A stretch of 64,000 bases of DNA from Nitrospirota bacterium (GTDB lineage: Bacteria; Nitrospirota; UBA9217), in assembly GCA_963845065.1 (NCBI GenBank), contig CAWJQQ010000001.1:576001-640000 (forward strand), read 5' to 3'. The position numbers were made by a program, and so were the translations under genes. Under the pieces are notes generated by a model. It saw only the letters and a program-made list of their open reading frames with translations, was not told the origin of the DNA and searched no databases. Of this stretch, positions 9,935-20,147 are shown piece by piece (the stretch's first letter is position 1; each line of letters begins with the position of its first letter).

Positions 9935-11212
9935 ATGAACACCTTCATCGAAAAGAAGCAGGAAACCGTCGAAGCAGTGTATTTCCTGAGCGATCTTATC
10001 GGAACGAAAGTTCTTAATGGTGATAAAAAGATCGGGAAACTCCAGGATATCGCCATTATTGAACAGGGAAAGCTCCCGATCGCGACTCATTTTGTTGTAC
10101 ACCGTCCCTTTGGCCGTAAACCTCTTCTGGTCCCTTGGGAGCGGGTGGTGGCGGTTAACGTGACGCGGATAATCGTCGATCTTGAAGTTATAGAACAATT
10201 TGAGGGAGAACCCGCGGAAACGCAGGTACTTTTGAACGATCACATCCTGGACAAAAAGGTCCTTGATATGGACGACAACGAGGTCGATGTAGTATATGAT
10301 ATAAAACTGGCACTACGAAACCATGTACTTTACGTAACCGATGTCGACTTCAGTAAATACGCCCTGTTTAAGAGGCTGGGCTTCAAACCATTCATGAAAC
10401 TGCTGTTCGGCGATTCCAATTTCATAAAAAAGGACACTCTCTCCTGGTCCTATGTCCAGCCCCTGCCGGAACATCTCGGGAGCTTTAAAGGTAATGTCAA
10501 GCTTAACGTGCTTAAGGAGAAGCTTACGGAAATTCCACCGGTTGATCTCGCGGACATTTTGGAAGAACTAAGCGGTGAGCAGCGTCTCGCAATCTTCAAT
10601 CAACTGGAGACCGAACATGCATCGGATACATTGGAGGAAATCGAACCACGCGTTCAGCGAGAACTAATCTCTTCGATCAAGAAGGAACGGGCTGTGGAAC
10701 TGATCAATGCCATGACCCCTGCACAGGCAGCCGATATCCTTGCCATTCTGCCTGCCAGTGATGCCGATGATATTCTGAGGCTGATCGATAAGGAGAATGC
10801 TGGAAAAATTCAGTATATGCTCGATAAACAGGACGAGAAGATAATCAATTTTTCTACCTCGAATTTCATCAAGCTTCCGCCAGATACTCTGGTAAGCCAG
10901 ATCCTGGAACGATTCCGAGAGATTGCGCGTGACAAAGACGAGATAATGTATCTGTATATCGTAGATGAAAAGGACACTTTATTGGGTGTGGCAGATGTCA
11001 AAGAAGTGTTAAAGGCCAATGCTGACGATAGACTGGCTGATATCATGACTACAAACATCATTCATTTAGGTCCGGAAAAAACTCTTCGTGAGGCATCTGA
11101 GATGTTTTTGAGATATAGCTTCAGGGCTATACCGGTGACCGATGATAAAGCTGTTATTCTCGGTGTCATCCCTTATCGTGATATTATGAACCTTAAGCAT
11201 CGATTAATATAA
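9935..11212 (+). CDS. PRC-barrel + MgtE N-terminal + CBS-pair protein (no MgtE membrane domain)
   Basis: PVDLADILEEL..ASDTLEEIEP MgtE-N motif, two CBS domains, no TM segments. Confidence 0.85.
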   Translation: MNTFIEKKQETVEAVYFLSDLIGTKVLNGDKKIGKLQDIAIIEQGKLPIATHFVVHRPFGRKPLLVPWERVVAVNVTRIIVDLEVIEQFEGEPAETQVLLNDHILDKKVLDMDDNEVDVVYDIKLALRNHVLYVTDVDFSKYALFKRLGFKPFMKLLFGDSNFIKKDTLSWSYVQPLPEHLGSFKGNVKLNVLKEKLTEIPPVDLADILEELSGEQRLAIFNQLETEHASDTLEEIEPRVQRELISSIKKERAVELINAMTPAQAADILAILPASDADDILRLIDKENAGKIQYMLDKQDEKIINFSTSNFIKLPPDTLVSQILERFREIARDKDEIMYLYIVDEKDTLLGVADVKEVLKANADDRLADIMTTNIIHLGPEKTLREASEMFLRYSFRAIPVTDDKAVILGVIPYRDIMNLKHRLI

Positions 11213-11348
11213 ACGACAATGGCATCAAAACGTCTATGCTTTGCCGAAATGCTTTGCAATAATTTTACGGGTGTTTTCTATTGGTTTCAGAGTTTTATTC
11301 GCTTGAAATTTTCTTGGATATCAAAGGGAGTTATTTTATTTGTAAATA

Positions 11349-11760
11349 CTAACAAATTCAGATTGTAACTTTTACCTGTTTTGGGAAATGGGAACTCAAA
11401 CACTTCAGAATTGACTTCGCCAGTCATTATGAATCGAAATAATTGTACATTTCAATCTTATTTTAGACCCAGAGGCAATGATACTAACTGTAGTGAACTA
11501 TCTATGCTTTTTCCCGTCGCAACATGCTGAAGATCTCTGGTTGAGTTATCCACGGTAGTGTGACTTGCACCAGCCGGCTCAGATCTTACTGATGACGCCA
11601 ACTCCAAAGGTTGCAATTTCCATACGGTACCATCGGCCCTGTCTCTGTCCTGTTACTATCCAACAAAAGAAAACCGCATTTGCGTATACTATAAGTCCTT
11701 GAATAGGTAGGGCGAGGAAAGGGGAGATTGAACCCCCTTGGGATGACGGGTATGAAGACA
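11349..11760. repeat. Dispersed ~410-bp repeat, uninterrupted copy
   Basis: Similar segments at ~14898-14950, 18311-18336+19865-19960, 42843-42880, 53241-53540, 59163-59225+60137-60365. Confidence 0.8.
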
Positions 11761-11975
11761 TCAAAAAAATCATGAGAAAGCAGACATGATTTATTCGATA
11801 AGAGAATCGTCCAAATTATACTTGATAATTATTTCGATTTGTAAAAATAGTAAAGGAACGCCAGGTTGTCACCAAAGAGTATTATAAGCGACAGTTCGCG
11901 GTCATTGGTTCAGATTCACCAGCGGTAGACACCGCCGCTTACGCTCGTTCGTCTGCCAACTGATGAAGGAGGAGC

Positions 11976-12371
11976 ATGATTCATTTTATATTTTAGAACT
12001 ATGCTTTTAGCGTCGGCAAAAAAACGATTGATGAACAGCACCTGCAAATCATCAATATCCTGAATGAACTGTATGCAGCCAAAGATGATTTTTCGCAAGT
12101 AGCTCCGAAACATGTCATAGCTCAGTTGAAATGATATACGGAAACCTATTTTGCTTATGAAGAGGATCTGATGCGGGCGGCTAGGTATCTCGATTTGGAA
12201 AGCCATGCCAAAATTTATTTATAGATGACACGAAAGACCGGGGGAGTTTGCGGAAAATGTCATCGGCACTCCAGACACCTTGGCCAACGAGGAATTCAAT
12301 TTTATTAAAAATGGTGGTTCAGCCGCATCAGGGACAGTGATATAAGATATGCCCCTTATATCTCGCCTTAG
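11976..12371 (+). pseudogene. Bacteriohemerythrin pseudogene
   Basis: SVGKKTIDEQHLQIINILNEL..YTETYFAYEEDLM..ESH; internal stops and frameshifts. Confidence 0.75.
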
Positions 12372-12424
12372 AATTAATTCTTGTCTCCATCCGGCACGCC
12401 GCTCACCAGTTTATCCGCTGACAT

Positions 12425-12865
12425 CTACTTGATCTTCTCCGTAAAGTAGTTAATGATATTCGTCAGCGTGACAATGCCCGACAGCCTGCCATTGTCAACG
12501 ACAGGGAGCTGTTTTACCCTCCTGAGGATCATAAGAGAGCCTGCCTTCACGATGGGCGTGTCGCTCGTTATGGTGATAGGCGGCGTCCCCATGATGGTAC
12601 GAACCGTTATATCGTACAGCTTGTGCGCCCGTTCTTCAATGTACTCGAAGCTCGCAATGTGGCGCTCGTCTTCCATGATGTCGGAATAGCTCGGTAAAAC
12701 GGCCTTGAACATATCGGCCTTCGTGATCACTCCCTTGACTGTTCCTCCCTCTAAAACCACGAGGCCGTTCACGTGGTATTTTTTCAGAATCTCAGCGCAC
12801 TCCTTCAAGGTTTGGTCTGGCCCTATGGTATGGACCTGTTTCGTCATTATCTCGGCAATCTTCAT
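12425..12865 (-). CDS. CBS domain-pair protein
   Basis: IMTKQV..GVITKAD and LPVVDNGRLSGIVT. Confidence 0.9.
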   Translation of the reverse strand: MKIAEIMTKQVHTIGPDQTLKECAEILKKYHVNGLVVLEGGTVKGVITKADMFKAVLPSYSDIMEDERHIASFEYIEERAHKLYDITVRTIMGTPPITITSDTPIVKAGSLMILRRVKQLPVVDNGRLSGIVTLTNIINYFTEKIK

Positions 12866-12982
12866 GGGCGTATCTCCTTCAGATGATATTTGTATGCCTC
12901 AATTTTAAAAAGCTGAAACTGTCGCGATTACGAAATAGACTTCGCATGAATAAATTAAGTTGTTTGCAACACTACCTACCGT

Positions 12983-13158
12983 TTAATCATCGATGTTCTT
13001 CAGGTACTGGTTGATCCTGAAAATAAATCTTCTCGCGTCTTTCACAATCTTTTCAGCAGTCTCATGGACGATCAGTACCTTAGCGGTGTAGTCGCTCTCT
13101 TCATGCTTCTTTCGCGCATAATCGAAAATGTTGCCGTACTCGACCTTGATGACCTCAA
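12983..13158 (-). pseudogene. HEPN-domain C-terminal remnant
   Basis: EYGNIFDYARKKHEESDY..AEKIVKDARRFI; N-terminus absent. Confidence 0.5.
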
Positions 13159-13731
13159 CTATTGCATGGGAGGAAGAGGAGGTGGAGGAGGCGGCGGTGG
13201 TGCGAGATGAGGCTGTGACAAATCGGGCGGTGCGGACTTCATGTCCGACGGGGGAGGTGGCGGAGGAATCTTCTGAACACGATAATATCGTCTCACTCCT
13301 GGAACGATATTCCCATTTGCATACATGCACTGTTCATATGCAATATCATACCGACGCTGAGCCTCCTCTCCATAAAACTCTCCCGAGTTTGCACCTGAGG
13401 CCGTGCCGATGAGAAGCCCGCTAGCAGCGCCAATCACCGCACCTGCACCTGCCTGACCTGAAGCAGCCCCAATAGCCGCTCCGAGACCTGCTCCTATAGC
13501 GGTGCCAACCGCGGCCCCTGCTGCTGTATTTTGATTAGCCGTCTCCTGTGGAGTGAGCCCGATTTGCTGTCGTGCCCATTGTCTGCACATACTGTCCTCC
13601 GCCTGGAACATATCAAATGGCTTGCCCGGAGGCGGCAAAACCATTACGCTGGGACCAGTCGGGATGGTCGCACATCCTCCCACTACCAGCAGAGCAAAAG
13701 ATATCAAGATGCTTCGATTGTATGTCCTCAT
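13159..13731 (-). CDS. Glycine-zipper lipoprotein with Pro-rich tail
   Basis: Lipobox VGGC, GAAVGTAIGAGLGAAIG, QRRYDIAYEQCMYANGN. Confidence 0.85.
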   Translation of the reverse strand: MRTYNRSILISFALLVVGGCATIPTGPSVMVLPPPGKPFDMFQAEDSMCRQWARQQIGLTPQETANQNTAAGAAVGTAIGAGLGAAIGAASGQAGAGAVIGAASGLLIGTASGANSGEFYGEEAQRRYDIAYEQCMYANGNIVPGVRRYYRVQKIPPPPPPSDMKSAPPDLSQPHLAPPPPPPPPLPPMQ

Positions 13732-13738
13732 AATGTCT

Positions 13739-14146
13739 TCACTCCCTACCATTTGGTGGACCTGGAGTTGGAACAACCTTCATCCAGCCGCCGGGACATT
13801 GCTTCACGTATGGGTAATAAGCCTTGGAGTCTGGACAGAAGTACCAGTAACTCTGTTGTTCCTCTATCGGAGCCTGCTGTTCATATATTGGGGCTTGTTG
13901 CTGTATAACGGGCGGCTCAGAGTAATAATAGGGATAATAAGGTAAACCCCACCACGGATCCCACCATCCTGGCCCGATCCAAACGACTCCCCCTCCATGG
14001 CCTCTGCCATAATAGCCTCCATGACCTCCATGACCTCCATAGCCACCGTGACCTCCTCCATGGCCTCCCGTATATGCATACACGGGCAAGACGCCTACAA
14101 GGAGTATTACTATAATAGCAATGGAGAGATAAATTATTCTTTTCAT
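13739..14146 (-). CDS. Secreted Gly/His- and Pro/Tyr-rich hypothetical protein
   Basis: Signal peptide, GGH repeats, YWYFC..YYPYVKQCPGGWMKV; adjacent to the glycine-zipper gene. Confidence 0.8.
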   Translation of the reverse strand: MKRIIYLSIAIIVILLVGVLPVYAYTGGHGGGHGGYGGHGGHGGYYGRGHGGGVVWIGPGWWDPWWGLPYYPYYYSEPPVIQQQAPIYEQQAPIEEQQSYWYFCPDSKAYYPYVKQCPGGWMKVVPTPGPPNGRE

Positions 14147-14649
14147 ATTCAATTACTCCTTTCTCCATTATCGCATATAGTGTGTTATCTTCAATCTTTC
14201 TTTACTGTATTTAGACACTTGTGATAATAAAAAGTTAAACAGGCTAAAGGTAGCAATACTTTAGGCAGACAGATCTATTTTACCATATAATCTATGATTC
14301 CATAATGATTCTAATAAAACAAATGAATTTAAAAAATATCTCAATTCCACTAAGCCTAATATCGCCGTAGTGACGCATGTGATCAGTACCTTTATCTGAT
14401 GAGATGCCCAGCCGAAGGCAGAAATATAGATAAATATGGAGAATTTGGTTCCGATCTTTACATATCCGCGGCGTCACAGCTATGGACGTGCCGTGCTTGC
14501 CAAAAGTTCAATTTCGCCATGATATACTGTATCTTGAGTTACGTCTTTGGTGATCGGCTTCCTATCCTTATTCGTTATCGCGATACAGAATGGAATAATC
14601 CTTATAGCCAATGTGAAAAATTGAGTAACGAACATGGTCACGATTTATT

Positions 14650-14854
14650 AAGCGCCACTTACGTCCTGTGGTTATGATTACGTTATTGGCTGGCTTGGGG
14701 CTTTTGCCCTCAGCATTATCTCATGCAGTATGCTCTCAGGCTCAGAGGCCATTGGCGCTCGTGATTGATCGGAGGAATGGTTTCAACTACTCTACTTACA
14801 TTGCTAGTACTTCCTGTTATTTTTGCCAAGGTCAATAAGGCGGCTGTCGGTTAA
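14650..14854 (+). pseudogene. CusA/CzcA-type RND permease extreme C-terminal remnant
   Basis: LRPVVMITLLAGLGLLP..QRPLALVI (frameshift) IGGMVSTTLLTLLVLP. Confidence 0.7.
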
Positions 14855-15211
14855 AAACTTTCGACATTGTAGACAAGATAATCAGTATGAATAGATGCTA
14901 ACACTTGGTTGTAGCTTTATCAGTTTAGAAGAATGGAAACTTCAACCAGGATGTAGTTGTTGATAGAAAAATAAATCACAAAATGCAAATGACTATTGTT
15001 CTAGACTATCTAGAAATGGTTTCCGGTTTAAAATGTAATCATTGTCCGATGCATATCGGAATCTGCAAGTTGGTTGCAACAATCGTGAATGCAAGAATCA
15101 AAATTTGATTGAAGTCGTTGTCTGGTTTCGCGGTAATGGCAGTTATAAATTCGTAAAAAAAAGATAATATTTTAAAAGGTATTGAAATTAAGTATTTTTG
15201 ATCAGTTAATA

Positions 15212-17013
15212 CCTGAATCCTGCACGCTGATGGAGTGAAAAAGATAAAACCATACAGGTTACACTGATATAATGCGGTTATCTCGCGAACAACCCATGAT
15301 ATCAGGAGGTAACCCATATGGTTAAACGACAAAAGAAGCATAGCGCGAAAAACGGCATGAATCAAGGTCAAAATGAAGGCCATTCGGAACCCGCTAAAAT
15401 CAGCCCTAATACGCGCTACGAGTATTGCAGTGAACGGCTTTCACCCTTCGGCGGACTGCTGGCGTTAGAGAAGTTCATGGACGCGGTAAAGTTCCAGGAG
15501 GTTTTCGAGGGATTTTATCAGCCACCAGGCCGCACGCCGGACCAGGGACATTATAAAGCAGTGTATGGGATTCTGGTGTTGCTTTTCATTGGATTCACGC
15601 GGCTGTGGCATTTTCAATACATACAAACGGATCCAATGGTGTGCGCCCTGTTCGGCGTGTCCAAGTTGCCGCACGTGACGACTTACTGGCGATACGTTGC
15701 GTCCTTGGGCATCAATCAAGGGAAGTCGCTGCTTTTGGTGATGGCGGCGCTACGAGAACGGGTCTGGAAATTGTGCGAGATCAGCTACAGCGTCATCCAT
15801 GTTAATCTTGATACGACAGTTGAGACCATCTTTGGCGATCAGGAAGGCGGCCGCAAGGGACACAATACCCGGTACCGGGGAAAAAAGGGATTTCGTCCTG
15901 TCCTGGGTTTCATTGAGGAGACGCGAGAGTATCTTGTCGGAAAGCTTCGCAAGGGCGCGACCATCTCTGGCAAAGAAGTCGCGGAGGTGATCAAGAGCAT
16001 CAAGAAATACCTTCCTGCTTGTGTCAAAAAGGTGATTCTTCGAGGTGACGGCGAGTTCATCAGTTGGGATGCGGTTAAAGCTGCGGAAGACGAAAGGCAC
16101 ATGTACATCTTCGGCAATAAAGGATGCAAGCCGCCCTTTGATTCCAAGATGTGGTACAAGGTGCACAAAATCGATAGCGTAGAATACAATGAGTGCTGGT
16201 ATAAACCGACGGGATGGCCGGGAGAACGCCGTTTCGTCTCAATGCGTATTCCGGGAAAGAAATCAGGCAAGGGAGACACGCAGCTTGAGCTTTTGGAAGA
16301 CGGTGGTTTTACGTATCGGCAATTTGTCACCAATCATCCAGGCAAGTCTCATCAGGCTATCAGCGAGTATGACAAGCGGGCAGATTGCGAGAACCAGATC
16401 GGCGAAGTAAAGCGAGAGGGACTGTCGGCTATTCCCACGCGTCGGTTCATGAACAACTACGCATATTTTCAGATCGTTCTTTTGGCCTACAACAGTTGGA
16501 GATCGTTCAAGATGCTCGCAGAATTCAGCGAGAAGCAGAAACGCACTCAAGATAACGCGGCAGTCACCGCCTTGAGCGGCATTCAGGACAACACCATCAA
16601 AATCGCTCGGTTGAAGCTGCTCATGATCGCGACAAAGCTGGTCATGAGCGGCAATACGACGAAGGCGCGGTACTCCGAACACGACAACAGGGTAGCAGGA
16701 CTCTTTAGCTTCATGGAGCATCTTGATCAGCTACGCAATCAGGTGCGCCCGTGGCTTGATGGCGGTCAGTGGCAATGCCGGCACATGGAGGTTATGAGGC
16801 TGCAACCCGCTGAAAATTCTTCATGATGCAATTGTGCAAGAAATTTCTTGCACAATATAGGCTGAGAAGCTTGGAATTGTGCTTTTCTGCCTTATGCGAT
16901 GAGGAATGCGGCAGTTAAGATGAAATGAAAGCTGTCGAAGGGTAAGCGGAAGATGCGGGAATCAAAACAAACCCGACGAGTCGGGGGAACTACGTTTTGA
17001 TGCAAGATTCAGG
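15212..17013 (+). mobile_element. Complete IS1380-family element
   Basis: IRs CCTGAATCCTGCA / TGCAAGATTCAGG; 5-bp target duplication TAATA (15207-15211, 17014-17018). Confidence 0.92.
15318..16826 (+). CDS. IS1380-family DDE transposase
   Basis: LSPFGGL, NLDTT, LRGDGEF, YDKRADCENQIGEVK. Confidence 0.92.
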   Translation: MVKRQKKHSAKNGMNQGQNEGHSEPAKISPNTRYEYCSERLSPFGGLLALEKFMDAVKFQEVFEGFYQPPGRTPDQGHYKAVYGILVLLFIGFTRLWHFQYIQTDPMVCALFGVSKLPHVTTYWRYVASLGINQGKSLLLVMAALRERVWKLCEISYSVIHVNLDTTVETIFGDQEGGRKGHNTRYRGKKGFRPVLGFIEETREYLVGKLRKGATISGKEVAEVIKSIKKYLPACVKKVILRGDGEFISWDAVKAAEDERHMYIFGNKGCKPPFDSKMWYKVHKIDSVEYNECWYKPTGWPGERRFVSMRIPGKKSGKGDTQLELLEDGGFTYRQFVTNHPGKSHQAISEYDKRADCENQIGEVKREGLSAIPTRRFMNNYAYFQIVLLAYNSWRSFKMLAEFSEKQKRTQDNAAVTALSGIQDNTIKIARLKLLMIATKLVMSGNTTKARYSEHDNRVAGLFSFMEHLDQLRNQVRPWLDGGQWQCRHMEVMRLQPAENSS

Positions 17014-18336
17014 TAATATATATGGGGAAATGGTAAGGTGATCCGCCTCATTGGAGTGGAAGGTTGTATGCCTAGCCTGGTATCTAACCAAGCTAATAAA
17101 ATGAGGTCAAAAAAGTCACCAAAATGGGGTTTATGAGGGCTGTACTTGTGTCTCACAAGAAATCTTTATAGACACCTTTGTTATTTCTGAAGGAAGTGGT
17201 GGAATAAAAAAATGAACCGACACGATGTGTGCCGGTTCATCTGCGATGCTTTATGAACAAGTAATAGAAGAAAGACCTTTTACTGAACCTTTGCTTTGAG
17301 TTATGCAATTTCCTTATTCATTGCTTTGATTGTCTTTTGTTGTTCCTGAACTACTTTTGTAAGCAATGCTGGTACATCCAGTGCAGACAATCCCTTCCTA
17401 TCTTTGGTCGCAAGAATTGCCGGCATGCTCAACCCTATTGCCTTTCTGCAATAAGGACAAACTTTTGCATCTATTGGAATCATCATTGCACACATTGCAC
17501 AACATTTGCATTTCATAATCACACCCCCATCCATTGTATTTGTATTTTGAATGCTAATGGCGATGAGAACTATTTTTGATCCGTTTGTTCATTAGGTGTA
17601 TATACTTGTGTATTCAGGCGGGTATTCCGATTCACTTCAGGTACCCATTCAATTCAAGACGCTGAGTATAGATAAATAATTTATTGTGGCTGAAAACCAT
17701 AACCTTCCATCGCATCTACTCATATCTATGACCTATTACAAGCCCTTGGTCGTCTTTAATAAATATTTTAATCATTTAGTTGACATACGTCCAATATATA
17801 GACGATATTAAACAATACTTATACGATAATAGAGCAATTGGTGGCTTGTTTGAGCTATGGCGAAAAAACTGTAATTATGTGTCTGTTACGCAAATAGCAT
17901 TTCAAGCAAAATTGTCATTATAAGTGTATCGCAGAATATTTAATTTTATAGCGGCCCCGGTTTTCTTTGACGCGATTTTATTTTAAAACATATGCCAAGA
18001 AAACAGGAACCGCCATAGTATCAACAATCCACCAAGTATCCGTCAATAATCGCCTTGTCTAGTGTGCAGTTCATTGTGCGAGTGCTATTAATTGCAACCC
18101 TTGGTGTAAAATGTTTTACAATTGTATTGTGTAAGGTTAGCAAATGTCGCGTCTGATGTCCATATTGAGATGAATATATTTAAGAGTACCAAAAAGGATC
18201 TCTCATGAAGCGTATAAGTAGGAAGATATATGGTATATAAAAAAAGTAGCAATACACAATTCAAAAAGAGGGGTTTGGGGTTATGTGGTTTGAGCCGTGC
18301 GGATTTCGAAGTGTCCTGTTACTTACTACCTGTAAA

Positions 18337-19864
18337 GATCAGGTCAAGTTTTTAGTTGAAATTAGTTGAGTGGCCCGCGCTCCCTTCGGCTAAGGCTTTT
18401 TATCGATTCAACGGTGTAAAGCATCGTTGTGTATAAAATCGGATTCGTAGGATCGCCATATTTGAGTTTTCTGAGGCCGAGCCATACCTAACCATCCCTC
18501 CTTATGCAGCCTTTTTGACCGTTAGGTCATTTATTTCGTCCGCCTCGATCCGTTTCATCACGTCCGCGATGAAGGCGTGACCCTTGATCTTCCTGAATCC
18601 TTGTTCAGCATATAAAAGAACAGAAGCGAGCCAGCGCTGCATCATCTTGCTGTCGCGATAGCGCTTTATATTGCCCTCTGCTTTTCTCACCGTAGAAAAC
18701 ATGCTCTCAATAGGATTGGTAGAATGCAAGGTATTCCGCAAGAGAGCGGGAACCTTCAACCGGTGAAGGGTGAGAATGTCTTCTATCGCTTCCATGAGCG
18801 AATCAGCCGCCGACTCATTGATGCCCCGAAGCCATTTCTCCATGTCCAGAAGCATCTGACGAGCATCTGCGTAATTATTCTGCTCCAGGGCAGTTCGGAA
18901 CCTCCTGTGTGCGTCTTTCCGGTATTTCTTCGGCAAATGATGCTGTATATTGCGGTCCTTGTGGATCGTGCACCGCTGATGGATCAATTTCTTGCCGAAG
19001 CGATCCCGGAGAGCTTTGATTACGCCTCTGCCACCATCGGTGACCCAGATGATTCGTCGTGATAGTGTCAGACCCCGCCGTTCCATATCGGAAAACAGTT
19101 CTTCGCACAATTCATGGTTCTCCGTCGCCCCCTGCCAGAATCCCAATGTCTGCTTCGTTCCAGCACTATCGAGCCCCAGCGCCACGATGAATGCCTCTCC
19201 GCCGCGGTGAACAGTGTCTAAAAAGACTGCAAAGGGGACGAATGACGTGAGTGACCGTTCCTTAAACTCCTGAAGCTGTTTTGCTGTTGCCGCGACGATA
19301 TGGCTCGACACCGTGCTGGCAGATACGCCAAATGCTTGCGCCGTATCTACAACCGTCTCCGCATACTTCCGGCATGATATGCCACGGAGTACCTTTCCAA
19401 GCAATTCTTCTGAGAAACCTTCCGGTTTTTTCAACTTCTGATAACTCTGAAGCGCAATCTCACCAGCCGGACCTCGAAGCCGAGGGTGGGTCACTGGGAT
19501 CTTCTGATCTCCGATATAGACGGAACCGCCCTGGCTTGCCCACTTCCACAGGTCAGGACTGGTGGGCTGGTAGTCTGGCCCGGCAATCTCCTCACGCTCG
19601 ATGTACATGATCGTCTCCGCCATCAGTCGGCCCATTTCCTTCATGCATTCATCAAAACCCTGTTTACCTTTTGCGAAGACATAATACATCTGTTCAATGA
19701 TCTCCTGCCTTCCATATGCCTCTTCAATTCCTCGTATTGCCTTTTTCCTCTTCCTTGTGGTATCCTTCATCGAGTGGCTCCTTTCTTTGTTTCTCTCTCT
19801 CTACCGTGGATTATGCCACGGGGGAGCCACTCTTTTCAATTTCAACTAAAAACAGTATAACCTC
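18337..19864 (-). mobile_element. Complete IS256-family element
   Basis: Imperfect 27-bp IRs sharing GTTTTTAGTTGAAATT; 9-bp target duplication ACCTGTAAA (18328-18336, 19865-19873). Confidence 0.92.
18502..19770 (-). CDS. IS256-family transposase
   Basis: VFLD, TDGGRG, QRCTIHK.RN, STNPIES. Confidence 0.93.
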   Translation of the reverse strand: MKDTTRKRKKAIRGIEEAYGRQEIIEQMYYVFAKGKQGFDECMKEMGRLMAETIMYIEREEIAGPDYQPTSPDLWKWASQGGSVYIGDQKIPVTHPRLRGPAGEIALQSYQKLKKPEGFSEELLGKVLRGISCRKYAETVVDTAQAFGVSASTVSSHIVAATAKQLQEFKERSLTSFVPFAVFLDTVHRGGEAFIVALGLDSAGTKQTLGFWQGATENHELCEELFSDMERRGLTLSRRIIWVTDGGRGVIKALRDRFGKKLIHQRCTIHKDRNIQHHLPKKYRKDAHRRFRTALEQNNYADARQMLLDMEKWLRGINESAADSLMEAIEDILTLHRLKVPALLRNTLHSTNPIESMFSTVRKAEGNIKRYRDSKMMQRWLASVLLYAEQGFRKIKGHAFIADVMKRIEADEINDLTVKKAA

Positions 19865-20147
19865 ACCTGTAAAAGAAAATTATATTGTGTATGCTATAAG
19901 TCCTTGAATTGTTTGGAAGGGGAGGGGAGATTGAGCCCCTTTATGTGATGGAACCGAAGATACTAGCTTTATAAACGAGAAAAACAGTGTACTCAACCTT
20001 GATGTGGAATAGGCGGATTTGAGAGAAAGTGTTTTGAGCGGTTCGACAGGCTCACAACGAACGGACAAGGAATAACAATTTTGTTGCTTTCTTCGCTCGC
20101 CCTAAGGTCAAGGATTAAACGGAGGCTTTTTCAATGGTGCCCTACGA

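Noticed and set aside
11710..11742. Intact tRNA gene
   Set aside because: Only a T-arm-like fragment; no D arm, anticodon arm or CCA
17301..17534. Zinc-ribbon plus phage tail-chaperone-like coiled-coil ORF
   Set aside because: Looks like a chimera of fragments; no phage context
20038..20125. REP-like GGTTCGACAGGCTCACAACGAACGG
   Set aside because: One degenerate occurrence; cannot be established as a repeat from this window
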